Positions 12,530 through 26,844 of a DNA stretch of 64,000 bases are shown piece after piece. Every line of letters starts with the position of its first letter. The stretch's first letter is position 1. The notes beneath the pieces were generated by a model that worked only from the letters and a program-made list of their open reading frames with translations, did no database searches and was not told where the DNA came from. The stretch spans positions 19,964,001 through 20,028,000 of the forward strand of contig OZ024759.1 in the NCBI GenBank assembly GCA_964016885.1. The letters are read 5' to 3'. The DNA is from Eledone cirrhosa. Its lineage: Eukaryota. Made by a program: the position numbers and the translations under genes.

Positions 12530-12959
12530 ACTGTTGTTGTTGTTGTTGTTGTTGTTGGTTTATCTTAAACTTCTTCTTCTTTTGTTTCGCAGGAGATTTT
12601 TGCTTATTTTTTTTGTTACTTTTTTTTTTGTATGTTTTGTTTTTGTTTTGTTTTCCTTTTTTCTTTTTTTTTACTAGTTCATCATCATCATTATTGTTGT
12701 TGTTGTTGTTGTTATCATTATTATTCACACATGCACACTTTCTCTCTCTCTCACAGTCACACATACACACACACACTCTCACACATTCACACACATTCTC
12801 TCTCTCTTTCTCGCTCTCACACACATACACACGCTCTCTCTCTTGTAGACACACACATACAAACATACATAATACAAACAGACGCACACGCTCAGACACA
12901 CACAAACATACATACATATATACAAACACACATACACACTCACACACACATTCTCTCTT

Positions 12960-12993
<34 letters not shown>

Positions 12994-13389
12994 AATCTCT
13001 CTCATAGACACACACAAACATACATACATGCAAACACACACACACATACACACACACACATACACACTCTCGTCGCTGTCATATTTTAGTACATTTGTTT
13101 GAATGAAAAGATAGAGACGAAAGAGAATGAGACGAAGGAGACGAAAGAGACGAATGAGACGAAAGAGACGAATGAACAAACAAATCTTTTTTTTTTCTAT
13201 TCTTTTTTAAGTAACTGGTTAGTTGTTATAGTTTCAAATTTAAAAAAGGATAGACACACAGACATACATACATATACACATACACACACACACACAGACA
13301 GACACAGAGACACATACATACACAGATAGACATATATATATATACATATACACACACAGACATACATACATATGCACATACATACACAG

Positions 13390-13454
<65 letters not shown>

Positions 13455-13728
13455 TACAAAGAAAGAGAGAGAACACACACATACAAAGAAAGAGAGAGAG
13501 AGAACACACACACACACACACACACACATACAAAGAAAGAGAGAGAGAGAACACACACATGCAAAGAAAAAGAGAGAGAGAACACACACACACACACACA
13601 AACACACACAAACATACAAAGAAAGAGAGAGAGAGAGAACACACATACAAAAACACACATACAAAAACACAAACATACAAAGATGCAAACATAGAAAGAC
13701 ATATACACACACACACTAACACTAACAC

Positions 13729-13766
<38 letters not shown>

Positions 13767-14083
13767 GAAATAAAGAAGAAGAAAAAGACGGAGACATAGA
13801 AATGATGTGTAAAGTAAAAATGGTGGAAATATCCAAGGTCTTAGCTGCAGGTTAGATTAAACAATGGGAAAAGCACTTCATCTGTAACATTCATTAGAAA
13901 GAAAAGGTTATGAAATATATTATTTGTGAGCGAGGCTTTTACGATCTTTACGATCGTGGAAAAGGTCATGTTCTATCATGGTAAATTGAAGTTAGTCTCG
14001 GCCTGGCATGAGTCACGAAACTACTGAAAATGGCAACTAATATAAATTGATTAACTCTGTATGTGTGTTGAGAGAGTAAGATG

Positions 14084-14139
<56 letters not shown>

Positions 14140-14331
14140 GTGAGAGAGAGAGAGAGAGAGAGAGAGAGCGGTTGAGAGAGATAGGGAGAGAGTAAGATGT
14201 ATATATGTATATATATATATATATATAGTGAGAGAGAGAGGGGTAGAGAGAGATAGGGAGAGAGTAAGATGTATATATATATATATGTATATATATAGTG
14301 AGAGAGAGAGAGATGGAGAGAGTAAGATGTA

Positions 14332-14363
<32 letters not shown>

Positions 14364-15087
14364 GTGAGAGAGAGAGGGGTAGAGAGAGATAGGGAGAGAG
14401 TAAGATGTATATATGTATATATATATATGTATATAGTGAGAGAGAGAGAGGTAGAGAGAGATGGAGCGAGTAAGATGTATATATGTATATATATATATAT
14501 ATATATAGTGAGAGAGATAGGGGTAGAGAGAGATAGGGAGAGAGTAAGATGTATATATGTATATATATATATGTATATAGTGAGAGAGAGAGAGGTAGAG
14601 AGAGATGGAGCGAGTAAGATGTATATATGTATATATATATATCAACATCATCATCATCAATGTATATATATAGTGAGAGAGGTAGAGAGAGGTAGAGAGA
14701 GATGGAGAGAGTAAGAGGTAGAGAGATGGGGGTAGAGAGGTAGAGAGGTGAAGAGAGAGATGGGGAAGAGAGAAAGGTAGCAAGATGAAGATAAATGGTG
14801 AGAGAGAGAGAGAGAGAGACATACAAATAGAGAGAGAGTGGTGTAGAGAGGTAGGAGTTAGATGGAGAGAGAGACATGCAAATAAATTGAGAAAGAGAGA
14901 GAGGGATGGGGAGGAGATATGGAGAGAGGTAGAGAGAGAGAGAGAGAGAGAGAGAGATTGGGTGAAGTAGAGAGATAGAAAGTTGGGAAGAGAGAGACAG
15001 AAACATCATCTTTACCATCGTCATCACCATCATCCCCATCATCATCATCACCATCACCACCATCATCACCATCACCACCATCATCAC

Positions 15088-15134
<47 letters not shown>

Positions 15135-15345
15135 CCACCACCATCACCACCACCATCATCACCACCTCCATCATCATCATCATCACCATCACCATCATCA
15201 TCATCATCCCCATCATCATCATCACCTTCATCATCATCATCATCATCCTCATCATCATCATCCCCATCATCACCATCATCATCATCATCATCACCATAAT
15301 CACCATCCCCATCATCACCATCATCACCATCATTATCACCATCAT
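12530..15345. repeat. mosaic of (CA)n, (GA)n, (TA)n and (CAT)n microsatellites with small unique islands
   Basis: Direct inspection. Includes a ~65-bp compound TA/GA repeat at 14070-14680 and (CAT/CAC)n at 15005-15345. Confidence 0.9.
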
Positions 15346-15535
15346 CTATATTTACTATTGTATTTTTCATGATAAAGGCTTTATCTCACATAATATCGAA
15401 TGTGAGATTTTGATATTATTTATTTTGAGAACAATACCTTAACATCAGTATGAGCAGCCAGTTACAGCCGGTTTGAACAAAAAGAGGGGAGAGAATTGTG
15501 GCCGGATATGGCTGGTTTAAATGTTAAAGAGTTAG
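15345..15535 (+). mobile_element. TTAA MITE family 1, partial
   Basis: Homologous to 7980-8207. Confidence 0.75.
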
Positions 15536-15599
15536 AATTTAGACTCCAACAAAATCAATACAATTAGAAATATACTTATTGGAAACTTGTCTCAATTTA

Positions 15600-17035
15600 T
15601 CTGTTACACTCTGTACCACTAATTGTAACACTAACTGCAACATCTACTGTAACACTAACTGTTAAATCTACTGTAACAGCTACTGTAACACCGACTGCAA
15701 CAGCTACTGTAACACCGACTGCAACAACTACTGTAACACCAACTTCAACAGCTACTGTAACACCGACTGTAACACCGACTGTAACACCAAGTGTAACACT
15801 AGCTGTAACAGCTATTGTAACACTAGCTGTAACAGCTACTGTAACACTAACTGTATCACCTACTGTAACAGCTACTGTAACACCAACTGTAACACTAAGT
15901 GTAACAGCTACTGTAACACCTACTGTAACACCAACTGTAACACCAACTGTAACACTAACTGTAATATCTACTGTAACACCAAATGTAACATCTACTATTA
16001 CACCAACTGTAACAGCTACTGTAACACTAACTGTAACACCTACTGTAACACCAACTGTAACAGCTACTATAACACCAACTGTGACACTAACTGTAACAGC
16101 TATTATAACACCAACTGTGACTCTAACTAACATCTACTGTTACACCAACTGTAACAGCTACTGTAACATCTACTGTGACACAAACTGTAACACTAACTGT
16201 AACACCAACTGTAACAGCTACTGTGACACCAACTGTAACACTAACTGTAACACCAACTGTAACAGCTGTTGTAACAGCTACTGTAACATCTACACTTCCA
16301 CCAACTGTAAAATCTAATGTAACATCAACTGTGACACTAACTATACCACCAACTGTAACAGAAACTGTACCACCAAATGTAACATCTACTGTGATATCTA
16401 CTGTGACAGCAACTGTACCACCAACTGTACCACTAACTGTAACAGCTACTGTAACACCAACTGCAACACTAACTGTAACACCTACTGTAACACCTACTGT
16501 AACACTAACTGTAACACTAACTGTAACACCTACTGTAACACCAACTGTAACAGCTACTATAACACCAACTGTGACACTAACTGTAACAGCTACTATAACA
16601 CCAACTGTGACACTAACTGTAACACCAACTGTACCACTAACTGTAACAGCTACTATAACACCAACTGTGACACTAACTGTAACACCAACTGTATCACTAA
16701 CTGTAACAGCTACTATAACACCAACTGTGACACTAACTGTAACACCAACTGTATCACTAACTGTAACAGCTACTATAACACCAACTGTGACACTAACTGT
16801 AACACCAACTGTATCACTAACTGTAACAGCTACTATAACACCAACTGTGACACTAACTGTAACACCAACTGTATCACTAACTGTACCACCAACTATAACA
16901 CCAACTGTGACACTAACTGTAACACCAACTGTATCACTAACTGTAACATCTACTGTAACACCAACTGTGACTCCAACTGTACCACCAACTGTAACACCTA
17001 CTGTGACACTAACTGTAACACTGTAACATCTACTC
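15600..17035. repeat. 12-bp minisatellite (ACTGTAACACCA variants) with a 60-bp higher-order unit
   Basis: About 120 units. Near-exact 60-bp repeats lie at 16560-16900. Confidence 0.95.
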
Positions 17036-17343
17036 CAAAAGTTCACTTCAGTTTATATCTATAAAGTTATCTCCCACATGTGATATCCTCAATCTCTTTA
17101 TTCTGTCAATAATCCAAAATATTCTTTTGGGGATAATTATAGAACACCAACTAATATACACATATACATTTATATACATATATACACATGCATATATATA
17201 TATATATATATGTCTGTGTGTGTATATATGTATATATATATATATATACAGAGATATGTATGTGTGTGTATATATGTATATAAATGTATATATATATGTA
17301 TGTATATATATATATATATATATACATTTATATACATATATAT

Positions 17344-17384
<41 letters not shown>

Positions 17385-17547
17385 GACACTATACACACAC
17401 ATGTGCACATTTACATATATATATATCATCATCATTTAATGTCCATCTTCCATACTACCGTGGAAGATGGACGTTAAACGATGATGATGATGATATATAT
17501 ATATATGTGTGTGTATGTATATATATATATATATATAAATGTGTGTG

Positions 17548-17590
<43 letters not shown>

Positions 17591-17597
17591 GTGTGTG

Positions 17598-17692
<95 letters not shown>

Positions 17693-18659
17693 GTATATAT
17701 CCTTAAATTCCACCTTTCTCTTTCCCTATGACTTTATCACAGTTTTTCTCTGTCACTTTTTCACTCTTGTACTCATAGCTTTTTCCATACATAAATACAA
17801 ATACAAAGATAAACGCAATCTCACACACAGGTACACACACACTCACTCACAAAAATACACACACTCACACCCATAAAAACACACATACACACAAACAAAT
17901 ACATATATATATATACAAATATATACATATACATACATATATATATATATATATAAATACACACATGCAAACATATACATATATATATATATATATATAT
18001 AAATACACACATGCAAACATATACATATATATATACAAATATATACATATACATATATATATATATATATATATAAATACACACATGCAAACATATACAC
18101 ATATATATATATATACAAATATATACATATATATATATATAAATACACACATGCAAACAAACATATACAGATATAAACATATATATATATATACAAATAC
18201 ATGTGCATTTATATACAAATGCACACACACACAAACACACTCTCACACACATAAACACACGCCCTCACACACAAACACACTTACACAGAAGAAAAAAGAC
18301 AGGAGGTGATGGAGATGGGGTGGCAGAATCTAAACCAAAAAAAAGACCCCAAAAATTGGCAAAATGTCCCCCCCCCCCCAAAAAAAAAAAATTAGGTGTG
18401 AATTAAAGAAAGGTGTGGTGGGGTGGTGTGTGCCATGAGGATTGGGGATGGATTTCAGTTTTAAAAGGCCTCCCCCGCCATCCTCAAGTCACTTGATTTT
18501 CTCCACCACTCCCTCCGCCCCCTGTCTCCCTAAAAGATAAAAAGCTCTTCTCACCTTAAAGTGCTGCAAATGAATCTAAAGAGGGGGTGTATGTGGGTGT
18601 GGCTTGGGTATGTGGGGTGGGGCATGGGTTGGTGGGGGAGTCTTCGGATTTCGAAAGCA

Positions 18660-18829
18660 ACAACAACAGAAACATCGACAGCATGACTACCAACAACACC
18701 ACCACAAACACCCCCAACAACAAAGCCACCACCACCACCGCCACCACCATTACCACCACCACCAACACTACCAACAACAACAACAACAACACCACAAACA
18801 CCCCCAACAGCAACACCACCGCCACCAAT

Positions 18830-18861
<32 letters not shown>

Positions 18862-19369
18862 CACCACAAACTCCCCCAACAGCAACACCACCGCCACCAA
18901 CACCACCACACCATCAACAACATCACAAACACAGCCAACACTACCACCACCATACCACCACCAACACCACCACAAACACGCCTAACAGCAACACCACCAC
19001 CACCATACCACCATCAACGTCACCATACCACCACCAACAGCAACACCACCACCATACCACCATCAATGTCACCATACCACCACCAACAGCAATGCCACCA
19101 CCACCAACAACACCACAAACAGCAACACCACTACCACCAAAACCACTACCACAACAACCTTCAAACCAATACCGTCACCGTCACCAACAACAACAACAAC
19201 ATTACCACATCATTAACTACCATCAACATGGCTACAATCACCATCAAAACACCACCAACAACACCACCACCACCAACAACAACAACAACACCATTACCAC
19301 ATCATTAACTACCAACAACATGGCTACAATCACCATCAAAACACCACTAACAACAACACCACCACCACC

Positions 19370-19427
<58 letters not shown>

Positions 19428-19890
19428 CCACCACCACCACCACCACCACCACCATCATCAAATGACTACTAACACAAACACCAACGACGACACTTTTAAC
19501 ACCACTACCAACAATAAAATTACCATTACCATTAAAACCAACATCAACACTTTTAACACCACCGACAACAACAGCAATAACAATAACACCACCAATAACA
19601 ACAGTGACACCTTCATGACCACCCACAACCACCACCACCACCACCACCACCACTAACACCACCAACAAACATCACCAACATCATTAAAAACACCATGAAG
19701 ATCAACATCACCAGCAACAAAACCCCCACCACCACTAACACCACCGACAAACATCACCAACATCATTAAAAACACCATGAAGATCAACATCACCAGCAGC
19801 AGCAACACCACCACCATCACCACTAACACCATCACCACTAACACCACCACCACCACCACCACCACCACCACCAACGACAACAACAAAAGA
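18660..19890. repeat. (CAA/CCA)n low-complexity tract
   Basis: Direct inspection. Confidence 0.9.
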
Positions 19891-19975
19891 GACTCTAGTA
19901 ATGTCCTAGTAATTATGTTCTTTCAGACACCACTGATAGTTTGATGGCCTGTGGCAAACACTTTATGTGGGAGTG

Positions 19976-20006
<31 letters not shown>

Positions 20007-20039
20007 CAACGCCAACAATGATAATGATTTCTTTATTTC

Positions 20040-20475
20040 TTTTTATTGGCCACAAGGGCCGACATATAATATTAATAATAATTGTTTCTACTTTAGGCAC
20101 AAGGCCAGCAAATACCCAATGCATTACTGGTACTTTATTTTTACAAAATAATTGTTTCTACTATTGGCACAAGGCCAGCAATTATCTCAGCGCATTACTG
20201 GTACTTTATTTTTACAAACTAATGATAGTAATGAGGATGATGATGATAAATGATAATAATAATAATAATAATAATAATAATATAATGGTAGTTATAATAA
20301 TAATTATTATTTCTACTTTTGGCACAAGGCCAGCAATTATCCCAGTGCATTAGTGGTACTTTATTTTATCGACCCCGTAAGGATGAAAGGCAAAGTTAAC
20401 CTCGGCGGGATTTGAACTCAGACCGTAAAGGGCCGTAACTCTATGCTGCAAAACATACTGCCAGTTCACCGCCCT
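20040..20475 (-). mobile_element. SINE family B copy plus tandem 3'-end fragments
   Basis: Three GGCACAAGGCCAGCAA..CATTA(C/G)TGGTACTTTATTTT blocks, with a full head at 20350-20475. Confidence 0.8.
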
Positions 20476-20986
20476 TATATAATAATAATTATAATAATAA
20501 TAATGGTAGTTATTAATAATTATGTTAATAATAATAAATATAAAATCAATAGCTAATAATAATATAAAAAAATTAAAACATAATAAACAATAATAGTATT
20601 GATAATAACAATAACAATAATAATAATAATATAAAGAATATAACAAGCATTAATAGTATTATTAATAACCAATAACAACAATAATATTAATAAAATAATC
20701 AAAAGATAATGAACCAAGAGAAAAGGTATAAAATTTATTCTCTTTAAATTTTATTTCTTTATTTCTTCCCATTTTTGTGATCTTTCTAGAAAGTTCTCTC
20801 ATTTATTCATTTATTTATTCATTTATTTATTTATTTATTTATTTATTCATTTATTTATTTATTTATTTATTTATTTATTCATTTATTTATTTATTTATTT
20901 ATTCATTTATTTATTCATTTATTTTTTCATTTATTCATTTATTTTTTCATTTATTTATTTATTCATTTATTTATTTATTTATTCAT

Positions 20987-21025
<39 letters not shown>

Positions 21026-21050
21026 TTCATTTATTTATATATTTATTCAT

Positions 21051-21085
<35 letters not shown>

Positions 21086-21516
21086 TTGCCTCTCACCCCT
21101 CACCCCTAGAAAAAAGAAGAAAAAAAAAACAGCAACTATGTCATCAATTAGGCTTCATTCCTGTGTTTCTTTGATGATGATCATTTTGATGATGGCGGTG
21201 ATGTATATGATGAGGATGTATATGGCGGAGATTTTATACACTGGAACATAAAAACTTTAGTCAGATGATGTTATATATCTATCTGTATATATGTCTATCT
21301 ATCTATCTATCTATCTATCAGTCTGTCTGTGTATGTGTGTGTGTATATTTATATATAGGTATATATATAGGTATATATGTGTGTGTGTGTATCAATCTGT
21401 CTGTATATATATTTTTATATGTATGTATGTGTGTCTATCTATCTATCTTAATTCCACACATAGTGCACTCTGTAAAGGTCAATCTTCCATGCTAGAATAT
21501 ATATATATATATATAT

Positions 21517-21912
21517 AGGAACGAGTAGGACCCCGACGGCTGAGCTCAAGCCGTTTTGACGGCTAATTCTGGACTAAATAAAAAAATGTTATCCTGGTAT
21601 TTGAATAGCCGAGCTTCTCAGGAGGTAATTCCATATATGGTAAAAGTGATTGTCACAAGGATTGGTCAAAAGTTTGTTGTTGAGACATAATAATTCTATC
21701 ATGGCAATTTGTGGAGGGAAGGGGTAGCTGAACCTGCCAGTAGAAGTATTGAGTACTTTGGTGCGTTATGGTCCACCTGGTTCCTTACCACATTTCCTTC
21801 GTTATATATATATATATATAGAAATGCCTTCTACAGGACTAGAACTGTTTCATTCAGGAGAAATCATCAGTATTGAGTACCTTACTGTGGTTACCCCCAT
21901 TTGAACCCGGGA
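21517..21912. mobile_element. two Penelope-like pLTR fragments in (TA)n
   Basis: 21517-21803 shares both ends with 53807-53965, and 21820-21912 is homologous to 41323-41497. The minus strand at 21825-21870 reads CTGATGA-TTTCTCCTGAAT-GAAACAG (hammerhead-like core). Confidence 0.55.
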
Positions 21913-22414
21913 TATATATATATATATCATATATTTAAAGAAAGGAAAAGAATGACTTCACTTGTAGTTCTAAACAATTTAATTTAGTTTTATAATATTA
22001 TGATTTTGCAATTTGGTTTTGTAGATCTTGTAAGTTATTTGTTAACTTCGGTGGGGAGATTTTTAAAGATTCCTAGTTAAACTTTCCTGGAGAACTTTCT
22101 TGCATTTGTCAGTAGTGATTGTCAAACTGATCTCAGGCTGTGTTGTGATGTGTGACTCTATATATAAAAGATTTGGGTTTGTCGGGGAGGCGGGTGTTAA
22201 TGAGTGTGGGAGTGAAGGAATGTTAATGAAGATTTAAAAGGAATTAAAGCATATAAAGGATGATGCAAAAACTTCCCTCAACACTTAATTTTAAATCTTT
22301 AATTTTTAGTATTTAATCCTTATTAATTCTTTTTAATTGTAATACTCAACATTTGATAAGATGAATTTCACTAATACATAAAAACCGGTAATACTTTATA
22401 TACTTTATATACAT

Positions 22415-22598
22415 TGTGGATTGGTAGTATCGGCAGAGAGTCAGACGCCATGCTTTGCAGCATAGAGTTATCGCCCTTTATGATCTGAGTTCAAATGCCG
22501 AGGTTAAGTTTGCCTTTCATCCTTACGGGGTCGATAAAATAAAGTACCAGTAATGCACTGGGATAATTGCTGGCCTTGTGCCAAAAGTAGAAACAATT
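22415..22598 (+). mobile_element. SINE family B
   Basis: Same blocks as 46918-47105. Confidence 0.85.
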
Positions 22599-22764
22599 AT
22601 AAAACTCTTTTTTAAAAAGAATTGTCCCTCTCATTTTTTCAATAATGACACTTTGACGAATCAAAGAAAAGGTAAAAAAAAAAGAAAAACAGACCCTTAA
22701 ATATATTTTCAGTGCTATTTCCAATCTTACCTTTTCTCTCTGTATATATATACATATATATATA

Positions 22765-23394
22765 CTAGCCAAATTACCCACGCCTTGCTGCATTTCACAC
22801 ATTTTTTTTTGTAAGAAAATGATGATTGATTTTAAATCAGTGATATCATTTATGGAGAAAAACTCTGCATTTCAATATTACTCAATGTAAAATGTAATGC
22901 ATGAAAAATTGGAAAACATTATTTTTTGTAATATATCAAATCAAAATTACATTATTTCTTATTCTTATTTTGTTTCTTGTAAATAATTTTTTTTTAAATA
23001 TCAATTCAAAACTTGATCATTTCATTTTTGTGCAAAGCAATATTTTCAAATTAGAAATTCAAAGTTATGGGCTTCCAAAATGTTCACTATAGGGGGTTTA
23101 ACCCCAATTAGGTTGTCTTAATATTATTGAAATTTGCTGTAATTTTGTGAATAGGCATCATATCTTATCATTTACCGATAGTTTAAATTTCATATAAATC
23201 GAAGGGAAAACATTTTCAGCGGGGGTTTGTGCCCCCGGGGAACCCTTTGATTAAAATGAAATATACTTATCCAAGTACCCTGGGAAATGTAGTTTCAGAA
23301 TGTATATGGTCATGGGGGTCTATCTCCAAAACCATATGAGGAGTTCGTGAACAAACAAATAAACAGACAGGAACTACAACTTTATATATATAGA
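22765..23394 (-). mobile_element. non-autonomous Helitron
   Basis: The minus strand begins A|TCTATATATATAAAG with a TGTCTGTTTATTTGTTTG microsatellite seed. It ends GCAGCAAGGCGTGGGTAATTTGG-CTAG|T. AT target site, no TSD. Confidence 0.75.
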
Positions 23395-23761
23395 TATATA
23401 CAGAAAATAGTGAATGGTAAGAACAAGATAATTGATTGGGAGTGGAGTTGGGAGGTGTTGGAGTTTTTAAGGAGTATATAAGAAGGGGGTTGTAAAAGTG
23501 CCATCCTCCTGGTTCCATTTCAATAAATGACCTTTGATGAATATAATGGCAGGATGTTTCTCAAATTCTTTTCTTATAGCTGAATCAACTATCTTAAATT
23601 TATAAAGAATATCTTCAACAATTTACTATAATAAAGATGAATCTGGGTGTGCATCTGGTGGTGAATCTAAATTATAATAAAGTAAGAAGCGCAGGACTGT
23701 GTACGGTTTATAATTTGTTATCCCATTAGTAAAATAAATTGGTTTACTTTGAATAAATAAT

Positions 23762-23941
23762 TGTTTCTACTTTAGGCACAAGGCTAGCAATTACCCAGTA
23801 CATTACTGGTACTTTATTTTATCGACCCCGTAAGGATGAAAGGCAAAGTTAACCTCGGCTGGATTTGAACTCCGACTGTAAAGGGACGTAACTATGCTAG
23901 AAAGCATGGCGTCCAACCCTCTACCGATACTGCCAATTCAC
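23762..23941 (-). mobile_element. SINE family B with 18-bp TSD
   Basis: TTACTTTGAATAAATAAT at 23744-23761 and 23942-23959. Confidence 0.9.
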
Positions 23942-23980
23942 TTACTTTGAATAAATAATGAATGAGTATTACATAATTTA

Positions 23981-24331
23981 TCTACTAAATTTCGTGACTG
24001 TTCATTAAATATATTTTATTATTTATTTAAAGATTCACTTCTTTAGAATTTTCAAATGTTAACACTTCCGGTGGCGATCGCTTAAATAAACATATTAATT
24101 TTCTCCTAATGCCGTTTATATATAATATCGTCTTTTTTTTAATGTATCATGGATTATGTTACTGAATACATAAGACAGTGTAACACAGTCTTCGTTCAAT
24201 TTCTGTGTATATTGTCAATTACAATTTTATTTGATGTATCATATCTACATGTATATATACCTGCATATAATATCAATATACACGCTACACATGCCAGCAG
24301 AAAACCACCCGAAGGGTGGTTTTTATGCTAG
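23981..24331 (+). mobile_element. non-autonomous Helitron
   Basis: A|TC start at 23981. A hairpin AAAACCACCC-GAA-GGGTGGTTTT (24301-24323) lies just before CTAG|T at 24328-24332. Confidence 0.75.
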
Positions 24332-24399
24332 TAACAATAATAAACAAAAGATAGTTACTTCAGATCATCTCTATTTATATTATTATACATATTTCATTG

Positions 24400-24451
<52 letters not shown>

Positions 24452-24487
24452 TAGATTGAGTTATAAACTCAAAATAGTCTTTTACAA

Positions 24488-24711
24488 TTAACCCTTTAGC
24501 ATTCACATTACTCTATATATACTACTATATTTTAATGGTAAAGGATTTACCTCACATATCTCACATAATATCGAATCTATGAGATTTTGAAAGTATTTAT
24601 TTTGAGAACAATACCTTAACATCAGTTTGAGCGACCGGTTACAGTCAGTTTCAACAGAAAGAGGTAGAGAATTCTGGCCAGTTTTGGCCAGTTTGAACAT
24701 TAAAGGGTTAA
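24488..24711 (+). mobile_element. TTAA MITE family 1, full length
   Basis: TTAA-CCCTTTAGCATTCA ... TGAACATTAAAGGG-TTAA. Confidence 0.85.
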
Positions 24712-25158
24712 ATAGCTCAAAGAACGGAAACTTTCCGAGCCCTCTAATATAATTGGATATATGAGAGGGGTGAACACATTGCCCGATATAGGTTTGTTAT
24801 TTTTATTGATTTATTACTTTAAATCGAGTGAGGCAAACCATATTGTTTTAAATGAATATTTTTTCAACTTAGCTAACTTGGTCATTTGCAATTAGAACGC
24901 ATGTATACTTATATATATACATATATATATAATACGCTGAAAAATCTGTGAACCATAGTAGACAACTGATGAAGGGAAACTGTCCATCTCTTGTTTGTGT
25001 CTCCTTACTTTCTAACACTTGTTATCAGTAACCGCACAGCCCTGCCTTCCTCAATCCATATTTATAAATATGTAAAAGGTAAACAGAAATAGCAACACAA
25101 TTGGTACAGTATATGGAAGGAATATATTAGGTTAACAATTGAAATAGCAGGAAGAGGG

Positions 25159-25194
25159 TCTTAACGTTTTGGACACTAGTCCTTCATCAGAAGA
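25159..25194 (-). ncRNA. degenerate minimal hammerhead ribozyme (G12A) in a Penelope-like fragment (~25075-25260)
   Basis: TCTT-CTGATGA-A-GGAC tagt GTCC-AAAA-CG-T-T-AAGA. Stems I and II are intact, helix III is the ACGT palindrome, and GAAA has mutated to AAAA. A more decayed copy lies at 36690-36725 (plus). Confidence 0.6.
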
Positions 25195-25439
25195 AAGAAT
25201 GAGAAATTAGAAAGATTGAAGGGACGGGCAGGGCAGAATTGGAAAAAATGTTTTTAAAGATAAATAACAGGTCCATTCATGTTGCCATATGCTTATCAGT
25301 CTCTCTCTCGCTCAGCCATTCTACATATCTGTCTGTCCATGTATCTATTTGTCCATCCCATTTCAGGTGAGGCCTTGAAGAACCATGGCAACAATTGTAC
25401 AGACTGGGAGGATGTGTTTCAGTTGTTCTTTTCCAATGC

Positions 25440-26813
25440 ACACATACAGACACACACAGACATACACACTCACTCACACACACACATTCAGACATACGTG
25501 CTCACACACACACATGCTCACACGCACACACAGACATACACACTCACACACATTCAGACATACGTGCTCACACACAGACGCTCACACAGACATACACACT
25601 CACACACACACACATTCAGGCATACGTGCTCACACACACATACGCTCACACGCACACACAGACATACACACTCACACACACACACACACTCACACGCACA
25701 CACAGACACACACATACACAACCATATGCACTCACACACACGCACACACAGACATACACATACTCACACGCACATACACACTCACAGACACACACATACA
25801 CAGCCATATGCGCTCACACACACGCACACACAGACATACACGCTCTCACATGCACATACACATACACACTCACACACATACAAACACACATCTTGCAACC
25901 CATCCATATGTTGCTTGTTGAAAACACCAAGAGTAACAACAAAAACAACAAGAATATCAAGAAGAACAACAACAACAGCAAGAACACCACCACCAAGAAC
26001 AACAACAAAAGCAACAGCAACAAGCTCAACAACAACACCATCAACAACACCACCAACACCACCATCAACAACACTAACACCAACAACAACACCAACACCA
26101 TCAACAACACCAACACCATCAAGAACACCACCACCAACAACAACACCAACACCATCAACAACACCAACACCAACACCAACAACAACACCAACAACAACAT
26201 CACCAACAGCACCACCACCAACAACACCACCACCACCACCAACTACAACACCAACACCATCAACAACACCAACAACAACAACACCAACAACAACACCACC
26301 ACCACCACAACCAACACCAACAACACCAACAACAACAACACCAACAGCACCACCACCAACAACACCACCACCACCACCAACTACAACACCAACACCATCA
26401 ACAACACCAACACCAACAACAACAACACCACCACCAACACCACCACCACCAACACCAACAACAACACCACCAACAACAACAACACCAACAGCACCACCAC
26501 CAACACCACCACCACCAACAACACCACCACCACCACAACCAACACCAACAACAACAACACCAACAACAACAACACCACCACCACCACCAACTACAACACC
26601 AACACCAACACCACCACCACCAACAACACCACCACCAACAACAACAACAACAATATCAACACCACCACCAACACCACCACCACCAACAACACCATCAACA
26701 ACACCACCAACTACAACAACATCAACAATATCAACAACGCCAACACCACCACCACCAACACCACCACCAACACCACCACCAACAACAACACCATCAACAA
26801 CACCAACAACACC

Positions 26814-26844
<31 letters not shown>

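Noticed and set aside
13966-15372. Poly-Met, poly-Asp and poly-His ORFs
   Set aside because: These are translations of (CAT)n, (TA)n and (GA)n microsatellites.
23420-23668. Minus-strand exon-like segment after a TTTAG acceptor
   Set aside because: In-frame stops in the frame examined and no recognisable homology.
24960-24990. CTGATGA-AGG-GAAAC hammerhead-like string
   Set aside because: It has no helix II and no valid cleavage triplet. A similar string at ~61835 suggests a repeat tail.
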